Positions 1 to 12,634 of a DNA stretch of 64,000 nt are shown piece by piece (position 1 is the first letter of the stretch; every line of letters starts with the position of its first letter). Source of the DNA: Selaginella moellendorffii. Its lineage: Eukaryota; Plantae; Lycopodiophyta. The stretch is from assembly GCF_000143415.4 (NCBI RefSeq), contig NW_003314284.1, forward strand, positions 434,001 to 498,000, read 5' to 3'. A program made the translations under genes and the position numbers. The notes beneath the pieces were generated by a model, which ran no database searches, had not been told where the DNA came from, and was given only the letters and a program-made list of their open reading frames with translations.

Positions 1-1248
1 CAGCTTTTTGTGTACCTCCTCTTATGCCATCACTTAGAAAGGCCACAAAAATCCGAGTGAACCAATTGGAGAGGATATTGTGCAAGAACACTCCCTCTAG
101 AATTAAAAGCTCAATGATATTGCTTTCTTAAAATGTAAGGCTCACATAATGGCATTGAAGAAGGTGTAATGGCCAAGCTATCAACCACTTATCTCGTTGC
201 AACTACTGTAATTCACATAGCCAAGTTGATGTTGCCAGGTTTGAAAATCTGTAGCGCCCCCTGAAGATGAACTTGCAAAAATCATGATGGTAATCAACCA
301 TCTTGTCTTGCATGCAAAAGCCATATCCAACCAACATGAATAGGAAGCTATGATTATAATGAGCATTATAATCACCTTGAGCCAATAAATCTCATTACTT
401 TAGCACTTAGCCAATAATACCCTGGCTTTCTTATGTTTTTCTTATTACGACTAAGGTGGTTAAGGATATTTGTCTTCTATTTCACATGAAACTAATTTTT
501 TTTTCATTTATTATTTTCTTTATGGCAAACCAAATATAATTTTCTTACTTATAAATCACTAATACAAACCGTTGTCCACCCATGAGGATCAAGCCGAAGA
601 AGTTGGCATAGGAGGCTGGATCCGCCGTCAACACCATCGTGCAAGCTCGTGAGGTGATGATCATCACCATCGTCATCACTATCCACACCATCGCCATTGC
701 CATAGATGCAAAAAGAGATCAAAGTTCAGCAAATGACGCAAACCATAGAAGGATGATCAAAAGCCACATTAAGCTTCGTTTCGTATGAAAAGAGCCTGCA
801 ATGCCTGTTTACCGTGTTCTAGATGCGTGGTATCTGGATACAGTGGTGAAGCACGAGTACAAGAAGTTAAATCTCGGGTTTGGATCTAGTACGGTAGAAT
901 TATAGAAGGGCTTTAGACATGGTGATTGCATGGATGCTTGCGCCAAGAAAGACTTCTTGTATAACTGTTATATCAAATAGCTGCCTATTAACAGAACAAA
1001 CGAAAAGATAACAAGCGTAGTAGTGTTTTTAACTGAAGTTTTCCATTTATTAGTATCGTTATATGTGTGGTTATCCTTTCTTTCCAAAGGAGTGATCAAT
1101 TTGGTATGGAACCTGATTCTCATGCCGCCACTGGAGCGAGGGTGGATCTCCGTGAAGACCAGTGCATCCGGTAGCTGGAAGAAAGTTTAGAGTACTGGAT
1201 CCTTTACCTCAAAACATTGTCTTTTATTCCAGCATTTCGACCATTGTG

Positions 1249-2471
1249 TTAGAGCAAGCCTTTCTCTTGCAGGCTAGTGACCGTGTCCACCAGCGTCTTC
1301 TCGTAGGGGATGAACTCCTTGACGAGGGACAGAATCTTCTTGTTCGAAATCTTCTCGAATGAGTTACCTTCAGTGATCTCACCTTCACACCTGCAAAATA
1401 GAAAGAAAAAAAAAGTGTTTTTGATCACGCAAGGACGGCCTACTTGTGGGGGTATTGGTACTGGGGGAACTTCTCCTTGAGAGTCTCAATGATTTCCTTG
1501 CAAAGCTTGGAGCACGCAATACAGTAGTAGCGGCCAGAGGCGTTGGGATCCTCGTAGCCGGCAATGTGCGCCTCGGCAACATCTCGCACGTCAACGAGTG
1601 AATAGTATGTGTTGGGGTAGCTACTTTGCGAGCCTGAACAAAGCTTAAAAGAGAAAAGAAGAAAAAATTGTACCATTCATCAGATTTGCGACGAGTGCAG
1701 CGCTGGTGTTGATCTTGGATTGCAAGATGGGGCCTAGTACGAAAACTGGACAGATCACAACAACATGGATCCCAAACTCGTCCCCAAGTTTGCAAACGAG
1801 CTTCTCGGACTCGGTTTTAGCAAGCATGTACCAGTTCTGGAAGAAAAATAGTGACAAGTTTAGGAAAGAATCGTTATCTCTTCCTTTTACCTTGCTCTTT
1901 CGGCAGAATTCAGGATCAGACCAGCAGCTCTCATCGATTATATGATCCGGCGGACGGTTTGGATCGAAAAGTATGGCAGCTCCAGAGGAGGTGAACACAA
2001 CATGCTTGATATTCCCCTTGTGGCAAGCTTCCATTACATTTCGAGTGCCATCCATAGCGGGTTTTAACACAGCCTATCAAAGACAGCAGTATGATCTATA
2101 AGAACGAAAAATCCCCAAGAAAGAAGAAAAACTCACGTCTGGATCCTCAAACTTATGAGCAACGGGACAAGCGGTGTGGAAGACAACATCGCAGCCACGA
2201 ACAGCGGGCACAAGCGACTCATAGTCGAGAACATCAGCTCTAAACAGCGATAATCTCTCCCCGGCTCCAGGGAGCTTCTTCAGATGCCCATACTTCTCAT
2301 TGTCATCTGGAATCCAAAGGAATCGAAAGCCAAGAACCGACCAATACATCGCTCACCTGGATCTCGAACGGTGCCATGAACTTTGTAGCCTCGATCCAGC
2401 AGCTTGGTGACGATCCACGACGCGATGAAGCCGCCGGCGCCAATCACGCAAGCTCTCTTCCCTCCCTCCAT
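1249..2471 (-). CDS. Cinnamoyl-CoA reductase-like NAD(P)-dependent reductase (DFR/CCR superfamily), multi-exon
   Basis: Exon translations: [31 protein letters not shown] (NADPH-binding), [23 protein letters not shown] (YxxxK; departs from the canonical CCR NWYCY), [10 protein letters not shown], ending LQEKGLL* (stop 1249-1251). Short GT-AG introns. Confidence 0.9.
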
Positions 2472-2624
2472 GATCGCAAAATGACCCCTATAGTACTACT
2501 GTTTCAAAGAACATATTTCCTTCCAGTATTATCTGAAGAGAAAAAGTCACATTAGATGGTCATGAGAGTTCGGACAAAAACGGCTTAGCTTGACAAAATT
2601 CCAAGCGTTTAGTAGTTGATATTT

Positions 2625-3390
2625 GATAGTAAACCTTTCTCCTGTAGGCTGGCAGCCATGTCTACCAGCATCTTCTCGTAAAAACCGAACTCGCTCACAA
2701 GGGACAGGATTTTCCTGTTTGAGATCTTGTCGAAGGGTATTCCTAGAGAAGAAACATGTTTTTTTTATCGAAAGCGACCGAGAAGAATGGCTTACTTGTC
2801 TGGTATGGATACTCTGGGAACTCAATAATTTCCTTGCAAAGCTTAGCGTACGCAACGCAGTAGTAGCGGCCACAGGCGTCGGGATCTTCGTAGCCAGCAA
2901 TGTGTGCTTCGGCAACGTCTCGTACATCCACGATTCTATAATGCATGTTGGGAAAGCTGGTTTGAGAGCCGGCATGGAAGCCAAACGCTTCTCAATCCAT
3001 CCAACTTGACACGATTCCAACGCGGATGTTTACAGTCGCTTGGAGGATTAAGCTGAGCACACCAGCAGGGCAGATCTCAACACTACGTATCCCAAACTCG
3101 TCGCCAAGTTCGCCAACGAGAATGTTTCAGCAAGCACCAGTGCTGGAAGAAACCGGTGACGAAGTTCGAAATGATCTCATCGATAATACAAAAACGCGTT
3201 TACCTGATTGTCTCGGCAGTACAGCTCTCGAATCTTTGTTCTCGAGGCTGCTTTGGATCGTAGAGCATGGTGAAGTGAAGATGGCATGCTTCGGGTTTTA
3301 ACACAGCCTGCTAGCGCAAGGAATGGAAAGAATGAGGAAGGCAATTTGCAAAGAACTGACTCACGTCTTCAAATGCCATACTTCTCATTG
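2625..3390 (-). pseudogene. Degraded tandem duplicate of the CCR-like gene
   Basis: [28 protein letters not shown] and other segments align with 1250-2300 but with many internal deletions (e.g. 3361-3390 fuses the two ends of exon 2). No exon 1 or start seen. Confidence 0.8.
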
Positions 3391-3717
3391 AAGTCTAGAA
3401 TTGAAACAAATCAAGGCAAAATGCGGGCATGAATCGATCGTGCACTGTTCTACAACGCTATGCGCAAATCTCGTCCCTCATCACAATAAACCATCTTTAT
3501 ATATATTGGAAGAACTGTCTTTCCTAGCGTTAGATCTCCCTGCCAGTTACATCGATTTTACAGCGAGGTCCTTTACATCGGCGCCTCCCACCCAAAAACC
3601 ATTCAAACATTTTGTACAGTGCCTCTCTCTCACTTCTTGTTTCTTCTTGGTCTTTTGAGCTGCTGTTAGCAATGGCTGTCAGAAGAGTATTGAAACATTA
3701 CCACCGCTGTGAGAGAA

Positions 3718-4948
3718 CTATGTCGTTATGTCGATCTCCGCAGCTTGATCGCTGTCTAGTTCTTGGCCATCCCGCTGCTGCTGCTGCTGGTTGAGTGTTA
3801 GATTTGATGTGGTCGATTTCTTCCCTGTTGGTGCTGCTGGAGTTTGATTAGCTGCCTTCGTCTCAGACGAAGGCGAAGGAAGCTCCGGCAATGGAGGCAC
3901 TGTGAACTCAAACCCCTCGAGAGTTCCTTTGGCCAGCTCGGTCAGCTCGGCGTGCGCCGCCTCCAGCTCCGCCGAGGTTGGAATGTGTCCCACGAATGCG
4001 TCGCGAGCCTTTTCGAGGATGTTTTGCAGGTACTTGCTCTGCGCTTCGATTCGTAGCTGCAAATGCTTCTGGACCTGCGCAAAGGTGTTTGAAGTCTTCT
4101 AGAGTTCAAGTGATGGCTTGCCTTCCTCCACGAGGAGAAAACACATACCTCTAGTTGCTCGTGGAGTTTTCGTTGCACTTCCATTTGCATCGAGAGAGCC
4201 CGGTTGATCTCGTAGCCACTGGATACGAGGAAAAAACGTCAAGAGTCCGAAAGAGATACTTCAAAGCTGGTATTTTTACTCTGATAAGTTGGAGTTCATA
4301 GAGTTTTGTGAGCCAGTGGTCTGTGCTTTAGCACCTCCTGTTGATTAGATTATGGTTAGAAGTTTCCAGGCAAGGAAAGAAAATAAATCTTTTGTAGCTG
4401 TGCCTTTAATTTCACCTTCTTTCTTTCCATCGCCATTGTTCTCCTTGTGCATTTGCATCCCAAGCCTGTACTTCTGCGCAGATTGGCAGCCAAAACTTAA
4501 GAAGACTTGAAGAAGAAAAAGCTAGGCCTCTAAAGTTCTCCCTTGATTTTGAGAGCTCTGACCAAAAGTACCGTCCTCACCTGGAGATGGCTCTTAAGAT
4601 GATACAGTGTCAATCCCTTGACGCCCATCACTCTCATCACGGACTTGGGCGTAGCCTCTGCGAGCAAACAGCGAAAGAAAAACCTTACTTTGAGGCGAGC
4701 TCCTAGGAAGAAGAGCTAAATTTTTTTTGGAGAGCTAGATCCTTACTGTCAGCGCCACCGAGCTGCGTGACGGCCTCCACGAAGCGCTCGTGGAGCTCGG
4801 GCGTCCAGCGCAGCCGAGGCTTGGGCTCGATCGACGACACCACCGAATCGCCGCCGCTGGCGATGTAGAGCGGCTCGCTTTGCGCCGGCATCGCTCCTCC
4901 CCTGTGAGGAATCAGCTGCGGGCTGGGATATTTCTTCATCTGGTACAT
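3718..4948 (-). CDS. MYB-CC (PHR1-like/PHL) GARP transcription factor, copy A
   Basis: MYQMKK start, [51 protein letters not shown], coiled-coil [31 protein letters not shown]. Confidence 0.93.
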
Positions 4949-5162
4949 CGCTGCCGCCCCTAGGGCTCGCCGATCGATCGATCTCCTCCCCCGCGGCGCT
5001 ACACCCACACTGCTAACGCCGCCCGGCTAGGAATCACGCCCCATCGCCGGCGCTCCAGAGCCTACCCTAAGGGATCGTGGCGCCCCTCCTCGCGCCCCTG
5101 TTGGTGCGAGAGAATGCGCACCGGAAGGGCGCCCTGCCGTGTTGCGGACTGGCTCGCAGTGC

Positions 5163-5337
5163 GAATATTTTGCCCCGCAAAGCTAAGATATTCCGCTTAG
5201 AGAATATTCCGTTTGCGCGCCGTCTGGGGAATCTGCGCTGACGTCGCCCGGCATTGGCGGGAGAACCTTCCGGCGGGCAGCATATGCCGTCTGGCGCCCT
5301 TTTCCTCTTTTTTGGACCACGTGGCTGGCCGGAATAT
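5163..5337. promoter_or_regulatory. P1BS (GNATATNC) cluster in the PHL-A/HSD divergent promoter
   Basis: Perfect GAATATTC at 5202-5209 and GCATATGC at 5280-5287, plus 1-mismatch sites at 5163, 5186 and 5332. Confidence 0.6.
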
Positions 5338-5539
5338 GTGATTATTAGATTCGATTCGTTACTGCGCGCTTTTTGACAAGACAACACTACAGGGTTAGAG
5401 AGTTACCTTTACCGGGTTAGTAGTAAAATGGTAAAGTCCGTTTTTAGGTTTACTTTGAGAGTGAACATGTGGAGGCCATGCAATCGTAGAGGAGGTACAG
5501 CATAACTTAGGGTTCTTTGCGAGCTCGGAAGCGATTGAG

Positions 5540-6897
5540 ATGGATTTGATACAAATGCTGCTTAATCTTGTGGTGCCGCCGCTTGGCCTCGTCTTCCTGC
5601 TGTTAACCTGGCCTGCGGTCGCGTTCCTGAGCTTCTGGCGATGGATTTTCAGCTACGCGCTCGCGGAAAATGTCCGCGGCAAGGTCGCCGTCATCACTGG
5701 GGCTTCTTCCGGGATTGGAGAGGTACGATCGTCTTTTCTTGCTTTTTTCTCTAGAGATTTAGAGATTGCTTGATCCAACTCTTTCTTGATGTGGATAGTA
5801 CATGGCTTATGAGTATGGCAAGCGTGGAGCCAAGGTGGTGCTTTGTGGGAGGCGAGAGAATCAACTCAAGAACGTCCAGGAGCGCGTTGGATCCGAGGGT
5901 GCTACTGATACTCTGGTGGTTGTCGCCGACGTTTCTAGGGAGGAAGAATGTAAGAAGGTTGTGGATGAGACGATCAACACCTTGGGAAAAAGTAAGCTTG
6001 ACAAGTAGTTTTTTTCTTTGATTATTGCTAACGAGTTTATCTTTATGATACACAGTTGATCACCTTGTCTGCAATCATGGTATTGCGAACAGCTTCTTCG
6101 TCGAGGAAGCGAAAGGTTTGGAGATCTTCCGCAAGATCATGGTAAAGTCCAGCATTTTCTTTCTTATTTTCTTCCTTTTTCTATCTTTCTGTGAACTGTG
6201 GAGCAGGATGTGAATTTCATGGGTTGCGTCTATACTACATACTTCGCTTTGCCTCATCTCCGCAAGAGCCGAGGAAAGATTGTCGTCACGGCCTCGACTG
6301 CGTCCTGGCTTCCCATCCCGAGGATGTCAATCTACAACGTAAAGTTTGTATTTCTTTGCTCGTCTCAAACAAGGATTTTCTAGGCCTCCAAAGCAGCCGT
6401 GGTGAACTTCTTCGATACCCTGAGGACTGAGCTTCGATCAGATATAGGAGGAATGACGATTGCCATGCCTGGCTACATCCACAGCGAGATGACAATGGGC
6501 AAGTTCATGTCAGCCGAGGGGAAGCACGACATGAACGTTGACATACGCGACGTAAGTTTGAGAAACCATTCTCTGTATCGACAGTTCTGGAGTTCGCTCA
6601 CGAGCTTTCACTTCGCAGACTCTCGTCGGCCCTTCTCCAGTAGCTTCAACGCAGTACTGCGCGAAGCAGATCGTGTCCGCGGTCACCAGGGGCGAGCGCT
6701 ACGTGGTGGTGCCGACCTGGTACAAGGTCTCACTCCTGTTTCGCGTCTTCGTTCCCCAGCTCCTGGAGACTTTCATAAGCCTCTTGTTCGTCAAGGAGCT
6801 ACAGCCAGGGAAGCCAGTCACCAAAGTCATCATGGACAGCTTCCCGAGCGCCGAGAAAGTCTTGTATCCCCCTGGAATGCAGCAGAAGACAGACTGA
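5540..6897 (+). CDS. HSD: Steroleosin / 11-beta-hydroxysteroid dehydrogenase-like SDR
   Basis: Hydrophobic N-terminal anchor LLNLVVPPLGLVFLLLTWP, ITGASSGIGE, VADVS, DVNFMG, catalytic IYNASKAA (spliced), PGYIHSEMT. Confidence 0.92.
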
Positions 6898-7087
6898 GAG
6901 AAGATCGAAGTCAAGTACATGAGTTACTTGTAGAATCTCTTTACAAAAGACTGTTTCTCGGGAAACCATCTTATATCAGTCGAGCTATGCTTTTTCCTGT
7001 TCATCCTGTTCCAAGCTCTCGACAAGCCTCGCTTATAAAATACCAACTTGGAGCAAACACTACGAGGGAAACAGAGAGAAGACTATT

Positions 7088-10000
7088 TTACCTGTGAAAG
7101 CTGCGGTCTTTCATGTAGTTTCTACTCGCGTCTCCTCTCCTGAAAGCATGGATCATGAGTGGAACTGCTGGTCCTGGTCCCAAGATACTTGGAACGTTGA
7201 GCCTCCGCTGGTAAGCTTCCATCTCGGCTCGAAGCTCCATCTCGGAACCTGGGCTTGGAAATGCTTGCGGCGGCGGCGGTGGAGGCGGCTGTGGTGCTTG
7301 CGGCTGGATGTAAGCCTTGTTCACCCAGCGATGCTGGTTCCTCCTCTTGTATTCGTAAACGGGTGGAGCTTTTGACGGCGGCGCAGCTTCCTCTCCGGTT
7401 GGCTCCGGCGCTGCTACTTCGGCCGCCGCTTCCAAACAAGTCGGAGTGGAAGTCGTCGAAGTTGATGCTACTGCTGCTTCTGCCTCGGTCTCTGGCGGCG
7501 GCGGTGGTGGCGGCGGAGGTGGCGGAGGTGGCGGAGTTGACGTTCTTGATGGTGGAAGAACGTCGGCTTCGTGGTGTTTCCTCCTGGACTCATCGTCCAC
7601 TTCTGGAAGCACCTCTTCCCGCGTTGTAGGCCTGTCGTCCGCCTCTCGAGGCTTTGCTGGCCGCCTGGAATCGTCATCCGTCTCTGGACGCTTTGCAGTC
7701 GACCGCCTCGAGTCCTCCTCCGTCCGCCGGGGATCATCTTCCGGTTCTGAACGCTTTGAGGTAGACCTCCTGGAATCATCTTCTGCCTCTGGAAGCTTTG
7801 TAGATGATCTCCTGGAATCGTCATCCGCCTCTGGACGCTTTGTAGCAGACCTCCTGGAATCATCATCCGCCTCTGGACGCTTTGTGGTAGACCTCCTGGA
7901 ATCATCATCCGCCTCGGGACGTCTTGTAGTGGATCTCCTGGAATCATCTTCCCCCTCGGGACGTCTTGTAGTCTTCCTGGAATCATCTTCCACCTCGGGA
8001 CGTCTTGTAGTAGACCTTCTGGAATCATCTTCCACCTCCAGACGTCTTGTAGTAGACCTCCTAGAATCATCTTCCGCCTCTGGACGTCTTGTAGTGGACC
8101 TCCTGGCATCATCTTCGTGCTTCGTAGACTTTCTTGAGTCGTCATCCATCTCTCCTCGCCTTGTAGACTTTCTGGAGTCGTCATCCACCTCTGGCCGCTT
8201 TGCAGACTTTTTGCAGTCGTCATCCATCTCTGGCCGCCTTGCAGACCTCCGAAAATCATCGTCCGCCTCTGAACGCCTTGTTGACGGCCTCCCAACATCT
8301 TCATCTACGTCTGAACGCTTTGTCGAAGATCTCCTGGAATCCTCTGGACGTCTCGAACTCCGCCGGGAGTCATCGTCCGCCTCTAGCCGCTTGGAAAATC
8401 TCCTAGAATCTTCCTCCATTTCCAGACGTTTTGCAGGCCTCCTGAAATCGTCATCCGTCTTTGTCGACCTCCTGAAATCGTCATCCTTATCTGAACGTTT
8501 GGTAGACCTTCGAGAATCGTCACTCGTCTCCGCTCGCTTCGCAGACTTCCTGGAGTCATCGTCACCTTTAGCAGATCTTCGGAAATCTTCTTCCAAGTCT
8601 GCACGCCTTGTAGGCCTCCAGGATTCGTCTTCCATCTCAGAACGCTTCGTAGACCTCGAGGAATCGTTTTCCACGTCCGGACACTTCGTAGAGTCCATGC
8701 CGCTTTTGCGAACGCCTCCTTCGTCCTCTTGTGCCGATTCCCCCTGACTTTCTGCTACTTGCTTTCTGGAATCAGCTTCTTGAACCTGGGCTCTACTCTC
8801 GGAACCTCTTCTTCTGGAGTCACGTTGAGCACGTTCGTAAGTTCGTAATTCCTTGACTACTTCAGCTTTAACTTCCTCCACGGCTTCAATCTTACTGTTG
8901 TCTTCCGTGTCTTTACGGAAAATCGACTTTTTCTTTGTCTCGCCATCTGAATTTTTATGCGATCTACGAGAAAACGATCGCAATTCCGGCTTCTGCTCAG
9001 TAACTTTGATCACTTCCGTTGTTAGCGTAGATATCGACTCCTTCAGGTCATAAGTAGGTTGAAGAGCTGGTCGACCTGGGGAATAGGATTCCGCTTTTCT
9101 GAATATGAACGTAGTATACAAACCTGAACAAAGTCATTAGAACATGAAAAGTGAAAAACGGCTCACGTACTAAGAACATCGCGAATTGGTGCCATGAGCT
9201 TTCCTTTCGGATCTAAAAAGCTCGAGCAGTTACTTGTAAATGCGTCGGCAAAGAGATGCCTATCAGGAGAAAACCAAAACATCAAACTAAGAAAATATTA
9301 CAGGACTTTGTGTATACCGATAATCTTCAAAGAACTCGTCCAGATTTTGGATCTCGATAAATTCCAGCCCAGCTTCTTTAGCCAATCTATTAAAGTCGCC
9401 ACGACAGTGAACTAACAGTAGAGAGGAAATTATCATTACCTGATAAGGCTAGGGAAATGGACGAGGAGTTGGCTCTGAGGGGCAAGCCCATCATCAGCAA
9501 AACGCAGCTGATACCTTGTCCCAAATATATTAAATCTGCACAAACACCAACGGGTTATACACCGAGAATATAGCCAGGGAATTACAAACCGATCATCGTC
9601 AAAAGTGATGGTGTAAAGTTCGGCTTTGACACGGGGAATTGTGCTGCCAGGACGTAAAGTTCCTGTCTTCAATGCCGATTCAACAGCTTTTTGATACTTC
9701 GACCTGATACAAGAAAAGGTAAACTGCCACAAATCGTGCTTTGAGAAACTAACCAGAGTGTTGAAGCATCAGCAGTGATTCCAAAGAAAATGCCGCCAAA
9801 TTTTAGTAAGCTAACAACGTTTTCCAGCAGCTGCTTTACTTTCTCTTCGCTCGAGAACGAGTCCTACGGAAAAAAAAGAGAAACAGAGATAGAACTCCAA
9901 TCTTAAAAGAAATATACAAACACCTGCAAATGTCCCAAACAACAGATGGTATCAAATGGGAGCTCCTTATCCTGCAGCTTCGATTCAAGGTCTCCCTGCA

Positions 10001-10435
10001 AGATTTGATTTTGCTAAGCTTGAGAAGAATGTCAAGAGCGTACGAGAAAAGGATCAAGCTGGCAGAAGCTCGCAGTGTACGGCTTGCCGAGAGTTCTCCA
10101 CTCCTCTTCAGCATCCTGGAGAGCCGACGCGGACAAATCTGGCCAGAATTTAAGATGAAAAACACTTCTGGAGAGGCACAAACACATACCGAGCCCCACG
10201 TAGCTACCAATGCCCGCCGCTCCAAATTTCGCCGTGTCCGTCCCTCTACCGCACAGAAGATCACACACCTGTGCATCGCGATTGAGCAAACCTTAGAGTG
10301 AGGCAAGTGAGAATGAGACGCTACCGCTGCGCCGGGCGAAACTAGCTGCTGGAGGAGCACAGTCTTCACGAAATCGTGCAATCGACCGGGGAGGCCGCTC
10401 CCCCATGGCGCCCAGCTGCCCCCAGCAGCAGCCAT
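7088..10435 (-). CDS. mRNA cap guanine-N7 methyltransferase 2-like, with a ~600-aa charged low-complexity C-terminal insertion
   Basis: Spliced exons RLHDFVKT, VCDLLCGRG, GIGSYVG, FCQLDPF, GGIFFGITADASTLWSKYQKAVE, RYQLRF..LVHFPSLIR, FLDPKGKL, LYTTFIFRK match the plant RNMT2 (At3g52210-type) pattern as recalled. The conserved terminal ILGPGPA motif is retained at the end of the 2-kb last exon. Confidence 0.85.
7640..8700 (-). repeat. Coding tandem repeat of ~39-42 nt units (RRPEADDDSRRSTT-like), roughly 20-25 degenerate copies
   Basis: Repeated ggaatcatcttccgcctctggacgtcttgtagtagacct-type units on the + strand. Confidence 0.9.
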
Positions 10436-10455
10436 GGGGCATACTGTGATCGCTT

Positions 10456-10464
10456 AAACCCTAA
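10456..10464 (+). promoter_or_regulatory. Telo-box (AAACCCTAA) just upstream of the cap methyltransferase ATG
   Basis: Exact AAACCCTAA; a related GAACCCTAA lies near 10637, upstream of CoaE. Confidence 0.45.
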
Positions 10465-10511
10465 AATTCGAAATAAAAAATTCTACATGAGGTAGAAAAT
10501 AATACGATAAG

Positions 10512-10584
10512 TTCCGTTGCCGGGAATTGAACCCGGGTCTCTCGGGTGAGAGCCGAGTATCCTGACCGACTAGACTACAACGGA
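10512..10584 (-). tRNA. tRNA-Glu(CTC)
   Basis: TCCGTTGTAGTCTAGTCGGTCAGGATACTCGGCTCTCACCCGAGAGACCCGGGTTCAATTCCCGGCAACGGAA: 73 nt, full cloverleaf, T4 run downstream. Confidence 0.97.
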
Positions 10585-10675
10585 TTCGTGATTCATGTAA
10601 GAGATATCGTTTAAAAGAAGAAAATGGTCGCCTTTAGAACCCTAATAACAGGACACATATTTTAGGGCTCTTGCG

Positions 10676-11567
10676 ATGAGAGTGGTGGGATTGACTGGCG
10701 GGATCGCGTCAGGGAAGAGCACCGTCTCGAAGGAGCTGCGAGATGGCAGCGGCTTGCCTGTCGTCGACGCTGACAAGATCGCACGCGTAAGTGTCCCTCT
10801 TCTTGCTGCTTCCCGACGAAATTCTTGGCGATTTCTTCGCCAGACACGAAAATGCGCATTGCTCCGATCCGCCACTCTGATCTTGACTGGCAGGCCGCAT
10901 TGCGCAAGAACACGCCCGGCTACAGAAGGGTTTTGAAGATTTTCGGCAAGGGCATCCTCCTCCCCGACGGCAATGTCGATCGCGAGAAGCTCGGCAACAT
11001 CGTGTTCGCGGATTCCTCCCAGCGCAAGCTCCTCGACAGGTAAAATATTTCGAGATCACGCCAGGAACATCGTTCTTTCTCCTAAGCCTCGAACCTCGAA
11101 AATCTTTTTCTTCCAGAGCCTTGGGTCCAGTGATTGCTCGAACTATGCTCTGGGATGTTCTCAAGCATTGGATCGCTGGGACACCCGTACTGGTATTGGA
11201 CGTCCCTTTGCTCTTCGAGACCGGCATGGATCGCTACACGAGCCCCGTGGTGGTAGTGTGGGTGGACGCCGACACGGAAGAGGAGAGATTGATCGCCCGC
11301 GACGGCCTCTCCCAAGAACAGGCGCGCAACCGGATCAACTCCCAGAGATCTCTCGACTGGAAGCGCGAGAAGGCCGACGTTGTAATCGACAACTCGGGAT
11401 CTTTGGAGCTCACCCAGCAGCAGATCCAGGAGCTCGTGGAGAAGATCACGACCGCGCCTCTCAGCTGGAAAGAGATGCTGTGCTCCAGGAACTTCGTGGG
11501 CAGTGTCGTGGCCGTGGCCATCGCCTCGAGCCTTTGCTGGAGGCTGTGTTTAAAACGTGACGCATGA
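10676..11567 (+). CDS. COAE: Dephospho-CoA kinase
   Basis: MRVVGLTGGIASGKSTVS P-loop, VVDADKIAR, DREKLGNIVF, VLDVPLLFE, RLIARDG, ADVVIDNSG, C-terminal TM segment; 2 introns. Confidence 0.95.
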
Positions 11568-12634
11568 TATAAAGTGTTATATTCGAAAGGAATATTCAGT
11601 TTTAAAAAGTTCCGCGCGCTCTAGAGCGAATACCCGTTTAAAATATACTGCCGCGAAAATTCACAACCTGAAGCGCTTCGTCCTGATTCCGGGAGATCTT
11701 GCAGTGATCCAGATCTTGGTTGTGTTCTTGCCGTGATCTGGGACAAACATAATCACGAGTCAGTCGATTGAAATGGATGAATCGAAAACTCGTCAGGCAA
11801 ACACCCGAGTCAGCTGTTAGAAGAAAAGTTACCTCGTCTCACGTCAAGGTTAGCTTTAGCGGCAGCGGAGGAAGGATCATGAGTTAGCCTCTCCAAAAAT
11901 CCAGACATGGTTAGCTCAGAAAGATGTTAGAGAAAAAATGAACGAAAACGAAAAACGATGGAAAGATCATTGGCAGCAGCAACATCATCTTGTTCATCGT
12001 CCCAGAAGGAAAGAGATAATCACAATGAAGGAACCAAACACACACCACACATCCACACAACACAACACCACTCTTAACATACATACAAAACTCTCAACCA
12101 ATATTCACACAATGAATAAGCTTAGCTTCTATACAGAGAAGACTGCTTTTAAAGGAGAGATCACTCGGAACTCCCTCACTCCGCTATGACGACCGACCGA
12201 CTGGTAAGACAAAATTGTTGTATTATCACTAATACGTAGACGACCGCTACAAAACTAGATGCTCGGCTATAGAAACACTCACAGGATTAGTGGGACACCA
12301 AAGGAACCACAGACCAGAGAAAACGACCCAGGAGAACCCCCAAAACTTTAGAAAGATGCAAGCGTAGAAAGACGAAAAGAAGAAAAGAAGAAAGAGAGAG
12401 AGAGAGAGAGAAAAAAAAAAAGAAGATAGAAAACCGTGGGAAAACTCCAGGCAAACGGACTGATTGCTCACCAGCTCTTGTTGCTTGCGTGTTTGGAGGA
12501 GCACTCTCTTGCGCGTAGAGTAAAAAATCGAGAGAGGTTTCGGCTGCTGCTGCTGCTGTGTTGCTGTTGCTGTTTTGTTATGAGGCTCGCCTGTGTGTCT
12601 TGTTCTCGTCCATCCAGAACCACCGTGGCTCCTT

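Noticed and set aside
181-720. Short minus-strand frames, including a signal-peptide-like MAMAMVWIVMTMVMII
   Set aside because: No recognisable family or consistent exon chain; may be a relic or continue outside the window.
7446-8747. 433-aa plus-strand ORF and 278-aa alternative-frame ORF
   Set aside because: Antisense and frame shadows of the coding tandem repeat in the cap methyltransferase.
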